The position numbers and the translations under genes were made by a program. From Histomonas meleagridis 2922-C6/04-290x (Eukaryota; Protista; Parabasalia), in assembly GCA_020184695.1 (NCBI GenBank), contig JAANOX010000195.1, forward strand, positions 1-64,000: 64,000 bases of DNA. The letters run 5' to 3'. Of the stretch, positions 35,893 through 47,565 are shown piece by piece. The stretch's first letter is position 1; each line of letters begins with the position of its first letter. The notes under the pieces are model-generated. The model made no database searches. It saw only the letters and a list, made by a program, of their open reading frames with translations, and was not told the origin of the DNA.

Positions 35893-36544
35893 TATAAATA
35901 ATGTTTTTATAAGTTTCTATTTCTTGAAAACCATAAATAAACAAATAAACTTTTGTTAATTAACCACATAAATTGTTTATATCATAAATGGAAAAATTAA
36001 TTGATTTAGACCAATTAAAAACAAGAATCAAAAATTCAATTTATCCAAATAATAAAATGTTTTGAGACTTGACATTTCTTGAAGTCTTTTTGTTATTCAA
36101 AAATTAACTATTTCTGAAGTGATAACTGAAAAAATTATAACCTGCTTTCGTCAACATTAAAAGAGTAAAAACAGCATTTTTTCAATTTTAAATAAAACCA
36201 GATTGAAAAAACATTTTTGGAGTTTACGCCCTTTATATGTTGCTTTAAGGTTGTCAAATTTGTGTAAAAATAAAAAATTATAAATATAAAATGTTGAAAA
36301 ATTTAACAGAGCAAAAAAAAAAATACATTTAAAACTTGAAAGCTTTCAAACTTGAAAACATTTTATTTTAAAATTTTAAAAGTTCGAAACATAATGGAAA
36401 GCTCGTTTCTCTTCTCGAGAACGAAACATTTGTAAGACAAGGAAACACTATTCAAGGAAAGCCATTTGTATGAGCATATTATTTAAAAGATAAGGCTAAA
36501 AACGATATTCGCTGCTGCAAAAATATTTAACGGTCTCTACGAAA

Positions 36545-37024
36545 ATGAACCCAAAAAAGAACATATTTGATTATAATTCTGCAATCGAAAAGCTCCCTGA
36601 GGAATGGATGTCTGACATGGCCATTGTTTTTAGAGAGTTTGACGAAGATGAAGATGGTAAAATTTCAATTAGCACAGCTAGACATATTTTTGATATTTTC
36701 AGACTTCCAGCAAAGGATGCATTTAAAGAATGCGAATTTGTGACATTTAAAAGATTTCTTGATGAAGCTGGAATTCAACGAGATACAATTTTTCTTAATT
36801 CTAGAAAAAGATATGCTTATTACTTCCAAATGATTGCTGGAATTGGTAGTAAGTCAATTAACGCAGTTGATATACAACATTTTATGGCAGTAAATGGAGA
36901 TAATATTGCATCTCGATTTTGCGAAGATTTTATTGATGAATTTGACCGAAAACATTTGAGTAAGGATTCGATTTCTCTGGAAGAATTTTGTGCGTTTTGT
37001 TCACAGAAGAAGATTCCAATTTAA
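36545..37024 (+). CDS. EF-hand (calmodulin-like) protein
   Basis: FREFDEDEDGKISI EF-hand loop and degenerate later EF-hands (FDRKHLSKDSISLEEF). Confidence 0.75.
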   Translation: MNPKKNIFDYNSAIEKLPEEWMSDMAIVFREFDEDEDGKISISTARHIFDIFRLPAKDAFKECEFVTFKRFLDEAGIQRDTIFLNSRKRYAYYFQMIAGIGSKSINAVDIQHFMAVNGDNIASRFCEDFIDEFDRKHLSKDSISLEEFCAFCSQKKIPI

Positions 37025-37288
37025 AAGTTGTATTAATTATAAATGTTTTTAAATTAACTAACAAATTTGTTGTTTCAAATAAATATTGGTATAAAATATA
37101 TATTTAAGATATCATTTATATCTATATTGTGCCAAATCACATACTACAACAAGCAGCTCTATTTATGGGATGTAAGCTTTGCAGTTAATTTGAATTGATG
37201 TAGTGGTAGTATCATTTTCATTATATCATCGAAAGCTTTTTTTAGAATGCAATATTTTCTCATTCTTAAAATAAAAAGTCTATAATAA

Positions 37289-38219
37289 ATAAAAAGGGAA
37301 ACAAAAAAAGGAGGATCCTCAGACAACAAACCATTAAGAGAACTTAAAGATTTACCAAAAAATGAAGCATTGGAATTTACGAAGAAGTTACCAAGACCTG
37401 GAGGCATGGCTTTCTATCCGTTGGTTAAATCATGGGAATTAGAAAGATGGATGAGCCTTAAACTATTAGAACAATTGCGTAAGGAAGTCGTAGAAGTTTA
37501 TGCTGCATTCAAAAAATATTCAATTCAACCACCAAATTATCTGAGTGCAATGTTTGCTAACATTAAAAAGAAAATAAGCTAAGTTCAAGAAGAGGTGAAA
37601 AATGCAAGACACCCTGCCTATTTTAAATAAATTATATGATCAAATTCAAGCAGACCAAAAAGAAATAAAATCAAGAGACATCAATGCAGTGGAAACAAAG
37701 CAGCTGCAACGTAGATGTAATGTTATGATAGAGGAATATAATGAGTTGGTCAATGAAGAAAAAAGGACATATAGAAACATTGAAGATTTGAAACCAAATG
37801 AATATGAAGAAATCAAAATGAAATTACCCAAACCTGGTGGTTTAGAATTTTATTTAATGGGACAAGATGAGTTAGGAAGATGGATTAGCATGCGTCTGAT
37901 AAGAACTCTAATGAAAGAAACACTTGATAGATTACATGGATATGATAAATATCGAGATAATGCTCCAAAAGAACTTCAAACACTTCTTAAAATTCTCACA
38001 GAAAAATGGGAAGAAGTCAGTCAAGAAAGCAAAGATGGATCCGCCTATTTAAAGAAAATTCTGAAACAAGTAGAAGATGATACAAAACAAGCAGAAGCAA
38101 TCGGAGTCAGTACAATCAAAGGAAAACAGTTAATAAGGAGAGCGACTATCATGAAAGATGAATATCTTGATCTTGTAAATGAAGATGATGAAGAGGAAGA
38201 AGAGGAAGAAGGAGAATGA
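37289..38219 (+). pseudogene. Two-repeat helical protein broken by a stop (about 37580) and a frameshift (about 37625)
   Basis: LPRPGGMAFY..WELERWMSLKL aligns with LPKPGGLEFY..DELGRWISMRL. The downstream halves also align (QLQRRCNVMIEEYNELVNE vs QLIRRATIMKDEYLDLVNE). Confidence 0.6.
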
Positions 38220-38682
38220 AATAAACGAAATTTTTTAACAATTCGGTAATTCTTTTGAATTTAACGAGTAATTTATTTACATGAGAGAAAATAATGCATT
38301 AAAATGAATACTTGATTGTTTTCAAAAGAAAATGTTAATTCTGAATTATTCTCATTATACAAGCATGACATTATACGTGATTAATGAAAATACAATAACA
38401 TTTGATATTTATACATTTTCCTTAATAGTATTTAGAATTTGATGTATGTATTCAATATTGGTTTTAATTACGTAATTGCAGAATCCGAAATTATATTAAA
38501 TTTATATGAATGAACATTATTTGAAATATCAAATGGATATCAATTGTCAAATGAAGAATAATAACATTGATCAATGCATCAGTCACAATTTTCAAACAAA
38601 TAAACAAAATAAAACAAAGAATGATTATTAACGTATTCTTAATATATTAAACGGTCACTGCCAGTAAAAAAAAAAAAAAAAA

Positions 38683-41138
38683 ATGGATTTTGGATTTGAT
38701 TCAGCATTTACTAACAATGAAACGATTGAAAAAGAAAATATTAGTGCCAAACGCCGATGGGTTTTTGGGGAGAAATCACCACCATTTACAGTTCGACGTT
38801 TAGAAAAAGATTAATAAGACCAGTAATTTTTTCAAGTATTTCACATTATGTTCAAAAAGGTCCATATTCATTACGATCATTAAATGGTAATATTTTATTA
38901 TGGCGTTATAATCCAGAAAATCCACTTAAACGTCAAGAGTTTACACACGAGTTTAAAGATCGTATTCAAAACATTATTCCAGTTAAAGAAGGTAATTTAT
39001 TTATAGTAGTAGCTGAACGATATCATTTATTTTTAGTCACACCTAATGGACGAGTTCATCCAGTTTCACAAGATCGGTCATTTCATTGGTCAGCTATTCA
39101 AAGTATTACATATAATAATTCACATTATATTATAGCAGGCACTAATAATGGTGAGATTCATGTTATTGAATTTTCACAACAACAATATAATATTTCATTT
39201 CATTTAGTTACACAATTTAAAGTTCAAAAACAAAATGAACCAATTTCAAGTTTATCCATATTTTATTATAATAATAATGCATATTTAATTATTTCTATTT
39301 ATTTAGATTTATATTATCTTTCAATTCAAGAAATTATGCAACAAAATATTCAATGTAAGAACATTACGAAAATATTTAATGAAAACGAAAATTTAAATGG
39401 GCATAAATTTCCATCATATATTGTTTGTAATGAAACACATTTAACATGGTTAACAGAATTTAATTTATTTATAATTCCTATTAAAGAATTATTTAATTTT
39501 AAAGAAGAACATAAAAATATTCTTCGACTTTCTACACAAAAGATTTCTAATGTATTAGAAGATGAAGTTACGAGTTTAGTTGGTAAAATGGATACATCAC
39601 CACGAATATTATTAACGCATTATCATAGTATTTTATTATCTAATAATTATATTATAGCCATTTGTTTAGATAATGGTAAACTTGCATTTCGTTATCCATT
39701 TCTTGGTTATCAAGTATTATCTATGAATCCCGATTATTCAGGTGATTATTTTTAATGTATTATCACAACAATATATTTTTCGAATTTCATATGAAAATGA
39801 AAGTTCACCAGCTAAAGTATTAACTACGAAATTTATTCGTGAACAACATATTCGAGAAGTTAAATCGAGTGATAAATGTCAACCATGTGAAGTGTTATTT
39901 CGATTAATTCATAATAATCAATGGGATTTAGTTAATAAATTTTTAAGTAATTTAATTACACAAATTGCGATTCTAAATCACAAATATTATTACAATTTTT
40001 AATATTTGAATTTGAGATATATTATTTATCAGAACAAAGTAATAAAAACAAAAATGACAATTTTAAAATTCATAGTTTAATTTCTACTAATGAAATTGAT
40101 ATTTATAATATTGCTATGCATTTAATTAAAATGCGTGCGTTTTCTAATATATTTGAATCGATTCATAATCAAGAATTTTTTACTAATACACCGAAAAACG
40201 AAATCGATTTTTAGAATTAATTTATCAAGAGCGTTATTCAGAATTTATTGAACAAGTTTATCAAAATTCCGAATATTATTATTTAATTCCAAGTATTTCT
40301 ATTCGATCACCGAAATCATTTATACCATTTATTTCGAATAATTTAATTGATTATAAAACATTAACACAAATTTTACCATTTTTAAGTGAATATTTAAACA
40401 ATGAAATTCTTTATAATAATTTACAACAATCGATTCAAATCCATAACAACAAAATGATATTTGAATTTTTACTTCATTTAAGTCATAATCAAGGATCACA
40501 AGAATATGATTCAAATATTTATGAACAATTAAGTAACATTAATAGTTTAAGTATTTCAGAACCATTTATCTTAATTAATGCGTTAAAGAAATCCAAATCT
40601 TTATTTGACGTCTTCATATTTCTCATCGCAAATTGGACTTTATTACGAAGCGTATCAAACCACGAAAGATATTAATTCTAAAATATCGAAAGAATATGAA
40701 AATCAAATTCAAGAATTTTATCATAAAATGTTATATCGAAGTAAAACTAAAGAAGAAACGCTTAACACTGAGAATTTATCGAAAACGGAAATTGTTAATG
40801 AGTTAGAGAATGTTTTGGACACTATTAAAAACTTAACGAAAAAGTCCAAAGAAAACGTCAGTTTACTTACAGAGATCGAGAATTGGAACGAACAATTCGA
40901 ACTGAACAATAATTATCAACAACAACAACAGCAACAAAATCATAATGTTTACTGTAACGAATGTAATTTAAATATTACCGAAAGCGAATATTTCGAATTC
41001 GAATGCGGACACGTGTTTCATCGCAAGTGTTTAATCAATAATTATATTTCCATTTACAAGAATAAATTTTATATCATGATCAAACAACTTAAAGATATGT
41101 TACTAAAGTGTATAATTTGCCGAAATTTAACATTCTAA
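38683..41138 (+). pseudogene. Vps18/Pep3-like protein, copy 2 (several indels, altered C-terminus)
   Basis: ATG at 38683. Frameshifting indels differ from those in copy 1, and a 205-bp deletion after 41065 gives a new C-terminus. Confidence 0.65.
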
Positions 41139-41310
41139 ATGTCGTTTGTTGGCGATGGCATAACATTATAAACTTCTTATAATGGTTCAACAATGCGCTG
41201 ATTACGTAATTTAAATTTATTTATTAATTCAAAACATTTCACTAATTCGCAATTGAAAGTTACGAAACATTTTATTTACAAATAATTCGCATTCACATTC
41301 GCATTCGCAC

Positions 41311-42542
41311 TCAGATGTACTCTGTGTTCTGCAGCGGATTCATATCGAATGTTTCATAGTAAAAGTCGGAGTATTCGTCGCACTCTTCTTCGTATTCGCT
41401 CACTTCTTCGCTTTCGTTTTCGTTACTCTTTCGGTACAGATACAAAAAGCACTTCCGCAAGTTCTGCAACAACTGCAACGCAAACAACAATCAAAAGGAT
41501 AACTTCTTCGTTGCTCAGACGATTTAAGAGAACATTTTCGTCGATGACTTCAATCGGCGCTTCGCAGTAAATCGTGTTCAGGAAGTAATTCGTTCGCATA
41601 TTTTCGCTGTCTTCGAATTTACAATTGTTAATGATAATTCGCGAACTGTTTAGTCGCTGAATTTCGTCACTAATTAAACTTTCGCTAAATGTAATAATCG
41701 TATTGTTACTAATGCAGAAAAAAGTTTCGTCGCTGATGTAATTGTCAATGAGCGATGTCAACGTAATCGTAATTCCAATCTTTTCAGACGAATCGCTAAC
41801 AATATAATACGAACTCGTGACATTGTAAATGTTATTATATGTTATGATGTGATTACTTTTCGCAGTCACCATACAAAAAAATGCTTTCGCTGAATGAATC
41901 GTAACTAATGTCCGAATACGAAATCGTGTTGCTGAGACTCGAAAAGTAATAACAGTGCATGTTCCCGTCTTCTTTGGTCGTGTTAATGTTCCGAAGATTA
42001 AATGTCGTCCCTATAAACGAATAAACACTAAATTTGGATGAACATGAAACTGTTGTAACAAATTGAATAATATTAGATCGTGTAGATGTACTATTAATAA
42101 AAATAGTAGAAACTGTTTCAGATGAACATTCATAAAAACATGTGCCGTTAATTTGAACTATAGGACTGGACACAATTTCAACAAGAGAATTTGAGTTCGT
42201 GGAACATTGATAAAAAATACATTGTGAAATCGATGAATAAACATTACCTTGATTGTTGGCATAAACAATGGGTGAATTACTTGAACGAACAGATAAAAAT
42301 TGAACTTCGTCAAGTGAAATACCGGTAGAATTATATGGTTCTGTATAAATAACACTTTCAACATGAATGGCTGATGAAATTCCTTTTTGAAACTTACTTT
42401 GAATAACTTCGATTTTTGGTCCAAAATAAATATTATTAAAAAATTTATGAAACTCACAGCGCTTAATAGTTAAAGATGGTTTTGTAAACATTGGTGATGT
42501 TGACATATGAATCGCGGTGAGCCCAAAAATCGTGAAATTCAT
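41311..42542 (-). pseudogene. Single-pass membrane protein, copy 2 (two +1 homopolymer shifts)
   Basis: Inverted copy of 27838-29053, with extra bases near 41855 and 41446. Confidence 0.7.
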
Positions 42543-43050
42543 TTTTTTTACACGTTTTTGATAAGTTTACCCACAAAATAACGTTATCAAAAACATCGAA
42601 AACTGAAAAGGCACCCCAAACCAAAAGTTTAGTTCTTTACATTCAAAATTTAACAACCATGTGAATAACTAAAATGAAAAATCATTTGATATAAAAAACT
42701 TAGAAGGTCGAAACCGAAATCACCATTTTTTAAACATTTAAAAAACAATAAAAAATTTAATTTCATGATATCATGAAAAAAGACAAATTAATTTTCTTTT
42801 GTGACGGGTAAAATATTTGGAAAGAAGCAACTTCAATCTTTTAATTCATCACTTTGATTATTAGTCATTTTGATTTTCAATATGATAAATAATGAGAAGT
42901 CACTTCATCTACGTTTATGCACATAAAATTTTCATATTAATAACAATTGTTTCCACAGTCAGCAATACAAAATCGTTTAAAAAAATTGACGAATTTCATT
43001 AAGATTGATAATTAAAGTTTCATTTCCACTTTTTTAATAAAGTCATAGAT

Positions 43051-43132
43051 GGTACTTTGGCCGAGTGGTCTAAGGCGTTGGATTTAAGCCCCAATACCGA
43101 GAGGTGCGTGGGTTCGAACCCCACAGGTACCA
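43051..43132 (+). tRNA. tRNA-Leu, anticodon TAA
   Basis: Acceptor stem GGTACTT/AGGTACC, D-loop TGGTCTAAGG, anticodon loop TT-TAA-GC, long variable arm, GGTTCGAACCC T-arm. Followed by a T7 Pol III terminator. Confidence 0.95.
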
Positions 43133-43382
43133 TTTTTTTCTGCATTTTTCCATGCAGATATGAGATATGAGCAGTAGCATTTGAGTGAATTTTGATCGTA
43201 TTTAATTTTTGACAGAGATTTTCTTTTATCCCTAATTCTATTTTGATTGAAATATGATATTTATTCAAAAGTGCTGTTCTTAATTTCCAATTTTTTGAAT
43301 TTATTTTAATCGATTATAATAATCGAAAAATTTGCCAACCGAACATTGTTTCAATTTTGACTTCACACTCCAAAAATATCCA

Positions 43383-44927
43383 ATGATACCTCAAAACAAC
43401 AAATATGTTCTCGGTATTGATCTTGGGACAACATATAGCTCTGTTGCGGTTTTTAAAGCTGACGGTGTTGGGGTTATCAGTAATAATTCTTCTAATTTTT
43501 CAACCCCTTCATTTGTTACATTCACAGATGATGAGGTATATGTTGGTGAAGAAGCTAAAACCCAAGCATTAGTGGACTTGAAAAGAATTGTTTTTGATGT
43601 CAAGCGTATGATTGGAAAAAAATTTAATGATCTATCCATCCAAGAAGGCATGAAATTATGGCCATTCAAGGTTGTATCAGATGGTGTAGGTGACCCACTT
43701 ATTGAAATTAATATAAACGATCAAATAAAGCATTTTTCACCAGAAGAAATTTCCTCCTATATTCTCAAGGAAATGAAAACTATTGCAGTTGATCATCTTG
43801 GCCAAGATGTAAAGGATGCAATCATTTCTGTTCCTGCAGGCTTTGACTGTAATCAGCGTTTAAGCACCCGAAAAGCAGGTGAACTAGCAGGTCTTAATGT
43901 TTTACGTATCGTTGACGAGCCTACTGCTGCTGCCATTGGTTATGGTATAAATGCAAAAATAGATACAAATATGAAAATTCTTGTATTTGATTTTGGCGGT
44001 GGGACTCTTGACGTATCACTTCTTTCTACCGAAAAAAACAATTTTGATGTAATTGCGACTGCTTGTGACCCACATCTTGGAGGTCAAGATATTGATAATA
44101 ATATCATGAAACACCTTGCAGATATTTGCAGAACAAAGTACGGAACTGACTTTCTTGTTAAGCCGCGCTCGGTTTTTACTATTCAACAAAAGATCGAGCA
44201 AGCCAAGATAACTCTTTCCAAAAACATGAAATACAATATTTTTTGTCCAAACTTATGTGATGGGAAAGATTTTGAATACACGCTCACTAGAGAAGAGTTT
44301 GAAAAAATTAATCAAGATTTATTTGATCGAATTTTAGACCCTGTAAAACGTGTTTTGCATGATTCCGAACTGCCCAAGGAAAGCATTGATGAAATAATAT
44401 TGGTAGGCGGCTCTAGTAAGATACCTCGAGTGAAAGATATATTGTCAGAATATTTCGGAAAATCGCCAAAACATGGCGTAGACCCCTACTTAGCTGTTGC
44501 GATTGGCGCAGCGATATTAGGGCACGATATAATACGTAATGGAGGAAACATTATTCGTTACCAATCTGTCATACCACATGACATCGGCGTCGAAACGTCC
44601 GGCGGCAATATGTTTGTGTTGATCCATAAGAACACAAGGATCCCTACACAAAAAAGTGAGATATTTACCACTGCTTCACATTATCAGGAACAAGTGAAAA
44701 TCAAAGTGTTCATGGGCGATGACAAGAAAACTGAAAACAATACACTTTTGGGTGAGTTTCTGCTGGGTAACATAAAGAAGGCCGAGTTGGGCGATCCGCA
44801 AATTAATGTGATATTTAAGATTGACCAGGAGGGAATACTGGAGGTGTCGGCAAAGGACATAGAAACGGGAGCGAATGAAAAGGAAACAATGAAAATAATG
44901 GGAAATGATGATGCTGAAAGGAAATAA
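43383..44927 (+). CDS. Hsp70/DnaK-family protein lacking the C-terminal lid
   Basis: GIDLGTTYS, DEPTAAA, DFGGGTLDVS and VGGSSKIP motifs. The SBD-beta region (IPTQKSEIF, PQINVIFKIDQEGILEVSA) is followed by a stop. Confidence 0.92.
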   Translation: MIPQNNKYVLGIDLGTTYSSVAVFKADGVGVISNNSSNFSTPSFVTFTDDEVYVGEEAKTQALVDLKRIVFDVKRMIGKKFNDLSIQEGMKLWPFKVVSDGVGDPLIEININDQIKHFSPEEISSYILKEMKTIAVDHLGQDVKDAIISVPAGFDCNQRLSTRKAGELAGLNVLRIVDEPTAAAIGYGINAKIDTNMKILVFDFGGGTLDVSLLSTEKNNFDVIATACDPHLGGQDIDNNIMKHLADICRTKYGTDFLVKPRSVFTIQQKIEQAKITLSKNMKYNIFCPNLCDGKDFEYTLTREEFEKINQDLFDRILDPVKRVLHDSELPKESIDEIILVGGSSKIPRVKDILSEYFGKSPKHGVDPYLAVAIGAAILGHDIIRNGGNIIRYQSVIPHDIGVETSGGNMFVLIHKNTRIPTQKSEIFTTASHYQEQVKIKVFMGDDKKTENNTLLGEFLLGNIKKAELGDPQINVIFKIDQEGILEVSAKDIETGANEKETMKIMGNDDAERK

Positions 44928-45504
44928 TTCGAATATGTTAGAAAAGCACTTTTTAATAAGATCATTGAAATCATTTGAATATAATAAAAAATCAGATTTT
45001 ACCGAATTCTTATAAGCAAATGAAATGAATCTTATGTACACATCATCAATAAATTTTAACGTAGCTTGCGCTGATTTTATTATCCTATTTTTTACTCTCT
45101 TTGCCTGAGCTTATCAGAGCACAATGCTAAATTTTTATGTAGAAAAATATCTGGGATTTTTTATTTTTTGAAAGTACTAACATGTAATTCATTGTAGTGT
45201 TTATTGACAATTTATTTTTGGGTAATGATATTACTGATATTTTCATTAATAGAATCTATTCCAACCATAATGGAATGAGCATTATAAAAAATCAGTGTAC
45301 CATTTAGTAAAAACTTTTATTTGGGAAATGATCAACATGTATAAAATTATTATTTTTTTCAATAGAAAATTTATATAAATTTAAAAGAACTAATTAAAAA
45401 TGGATTTCAGTCATTCTCAAAAAAGTATTTTTAATTGAAGCGCATTAAGTATAACTTCGATAACATATAAAAACAATTTTTTACTCACCAATTTAATAAA
45501 TTCT

Positions 45505-46992
45505 TCATTCCATCTTTGGCATGCGCGCTTCCCCCTCCACAGGTTTCGGCGGTTCTCTCGTCTGCCACACCGCGTTTTTGATTTTCATCATTTTGCGCAA
45601 AGCGTTTGCTCTTCTTGCGACGCCATCGCATTTATCCATTTCGCACAATTCCAAAACTTTTTTTGCGCATTTATTCCCATTATCACAGTCCAAAGTTCTT
45701 ACTGCCAACAGCGCGGCTTCATTTTTTGTGTCTTCATTCATAACATCGAACTTGTCGATGATTACATTTAACATAGTCACTGCGGCATCGATGTTATCTT
45801 TACATGTATCAGTTATCACCGAAATAATCGAAGAGTTCGTTGGACCCATTTCGATTATGTTTGCGAGTAATTCGTTGTCGATGAATTTAGTCAAATAAAA
45901 AGCAGAAATTTCAGAAATAGTTAAATTCGATTTCCGTAATAATAATAAAAGTTTTTCTTTGTCACCGAATTCACCTAAACAATGAACTGCTTGTTGATTA
46001 TTATAATAAAGCGCCCATTTTAATAATATTTCTGAACTTAACTCAGTTTGAACATTTCGTAATATGTTAATACATAAAGTTGTAAATGATGACGATGTTT
46101 GTGGTGGAGAAAAATGTGTTAAATAAGGCTTAAATAATTGCGGATTTGTGCGAGTGATTTGTTCTATGAGTTGTAATGAATGTAAAGAAATGATATCTGG
46201 GCAATATAAGAGACGAAGAAGTGGTAATACAATTGGCTCGGGATCATCTTGGAAATATTTACTGGCGGATATGACAACATTGGCATTGGGCGAGTGGAGG
46301 AGTGTCTTCAAAATTGGTTTATACTGTGGTTGTGAGGTACTAATTAAATGTTTAAGAGCAATACTTTGTGTAAATGGATCTAGAGATAATAAGATGGACC
46401 AAAGGCGTTCGTGAGAATCAGCAATAAGAGATGTAAGGTTAAGAATGTCACAGGCATAGATGGCACCTGAGATATATATTTGATCATCATTGGCAAAAGC
46501 AGTTTTAATATGGTTTTCTAGAACAGGCTTGAGAACCTCTTTCTCTGTGGCCATATGCGCAAGACTAACAATTGCTGCTTTTTTGACATATGATGATTCA
46601 TCATTCAAAACATTGAGTAATTTGGAACTGATGACATCAATAAGGCCTGCATCGGCAAGGCTACCAAGAGTCTTAGTCGCTCTGATTCTTCTACTTTCTT
46701 TTGGCGAATTTAAGGATTGAAAAAGTAAATTATTTGCTTGGGAATAAGAACTTTTATTGGTTTGTACAAGGTAAACCATAAGCATTTGTGATAGGATTTC
46801 GATGCTGTCTTTGTCATTTACGACATGTTCGGAAATTAATCGATCAAATTCAGTAATTGAATATCCTTTAGATAATAATGCACATAAATCATAAAATCCA
46901 GTTTTTATTGTTGACTTGTCTTTTGATTTTAATGCCTTTTGAATGCGTGTATAATATTGTTTAATTACTTCATCTTCTGCTTTGCTTGACAT
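45505..46992 (-). CDS. Adaptin N-terminal (trunk) domain protein, beta-adaptin-like
   Basis: NNLLFQSLNSP...RIRATKTLGSL...LNDESSYVKKAAIVSL and LLHSPNANVVISA match adaptin HEAT repeats. Confidence 0.75.
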   Translation of the reverse strand: MSSKAEDEVIKQYYTRIQKALKSKDKSTIKTGFYDLCALLSKGYSITEFDRLISEHVVNDKDSIEILSQMLMVYLVQTNKSSYSQANNLLFQSLNSPKESRRIRATKTLGSLADAGLIDVISSKLLNVLNDESSYVKKAAIVSLAHMATEKEVLKPVLENHIKTAFANDDQIYISGAIYACDILNLTSLIADSHERLWSILLSLDPFTQSIALKHLISTSQPQYKPILKTLLHSPNANVVISASKYFQDDPEPIVLPLLRLLYCPDIISLHSLQLIEQITRTNPQLFKPYLTHFSPPQTSSSFTTLCINILRNVQTELSSEILLKWALYYNNQQAVHCLGEFGDKEKLLLLLRKSNLTISEISAFYLTKFIDNELLANIIEMGPTNSSIISVITDTCKDNIDAAVTMLNVIIDKFDVMNEDTKNEAALLAVRTLDCDNGNKCAKKVLELCEMDKCDGVARRANALRKMMKIKNAVWQTREPPKPVEGEARMPKME

Positions 46993-47565
46993 TTTCTTCA
47001 CAAACGATACAACTGTTTCCAAACGGTTAAAATCGCATTCAAAATTTTAAACGGTCGTTTATTTATATCGAATACATGTCGGATAAATAAACGGTCTGGA
47101 ATTGTACGTTAATTTCAAAAAATGCAATAATTCATACTCTACACTATAACAGAGGGATAGACATTTATTTATATTAAAATTTGTTAGAGAGCTTTGATAT
47201 GGACATATCCTGATAAAATATCTGTGAGTATACCAAAGTGATAAATGTCACGAGGATTTTGATTTCGAATTTATATCTCTAAAACTATAAAATGCTAACA
47301 TTTGATTTCAAACGGGGATATCATTGCTTATTATAGATTGATTCCTAAAGATATGAATTAACATCGGAGCTTCGATAAATTAAATTTCATGAAAATCAGC
47401 CTGTAATCCATAAGATAATTTGATTAGAAATTAAATTTCATATTATCATCAACCAAAATGTTCGCTGAACTTCAACAAATAAATCTGTAAAAAGAAATTT
47501 TAATTTCGCTAATCAATTTATAAAATGTACAATTCGAACAACTTTATTATTTTCTTTTATGGATA

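Larger units (their letters stand above)
38472..42570. repeat. Right arm of inverted segmental duplication (pairs with 27810-33244)
   Basis: Reverse complement of the left arm. It lacks 1145 bp of the array and 205 bp of the Vps18-like 3' end, and has a 15-bp in-frame extra segment. Confidence 0.95.

Noticed and set aside
36336-36349. 14-bp palindrome TTGAAAGCTTTCAA
   Set aside because: AT-rich and isolated, with no TIR/TSD context. Plausible by chance in 64 kb.
27810-42570. Maverick/Polinton or composite transposon with long TIRs
   Set aside because: The arms are host genes, there is no integrase, polB or capsid ORF, and no target-site duplication at the outer ends.
43020-43268. 82-aa ORF ending MVPVGFEPTHLSVLGLKSNALDHSAK
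   Set aside because: It is the antisense translation of the tRNA-Leu gene.
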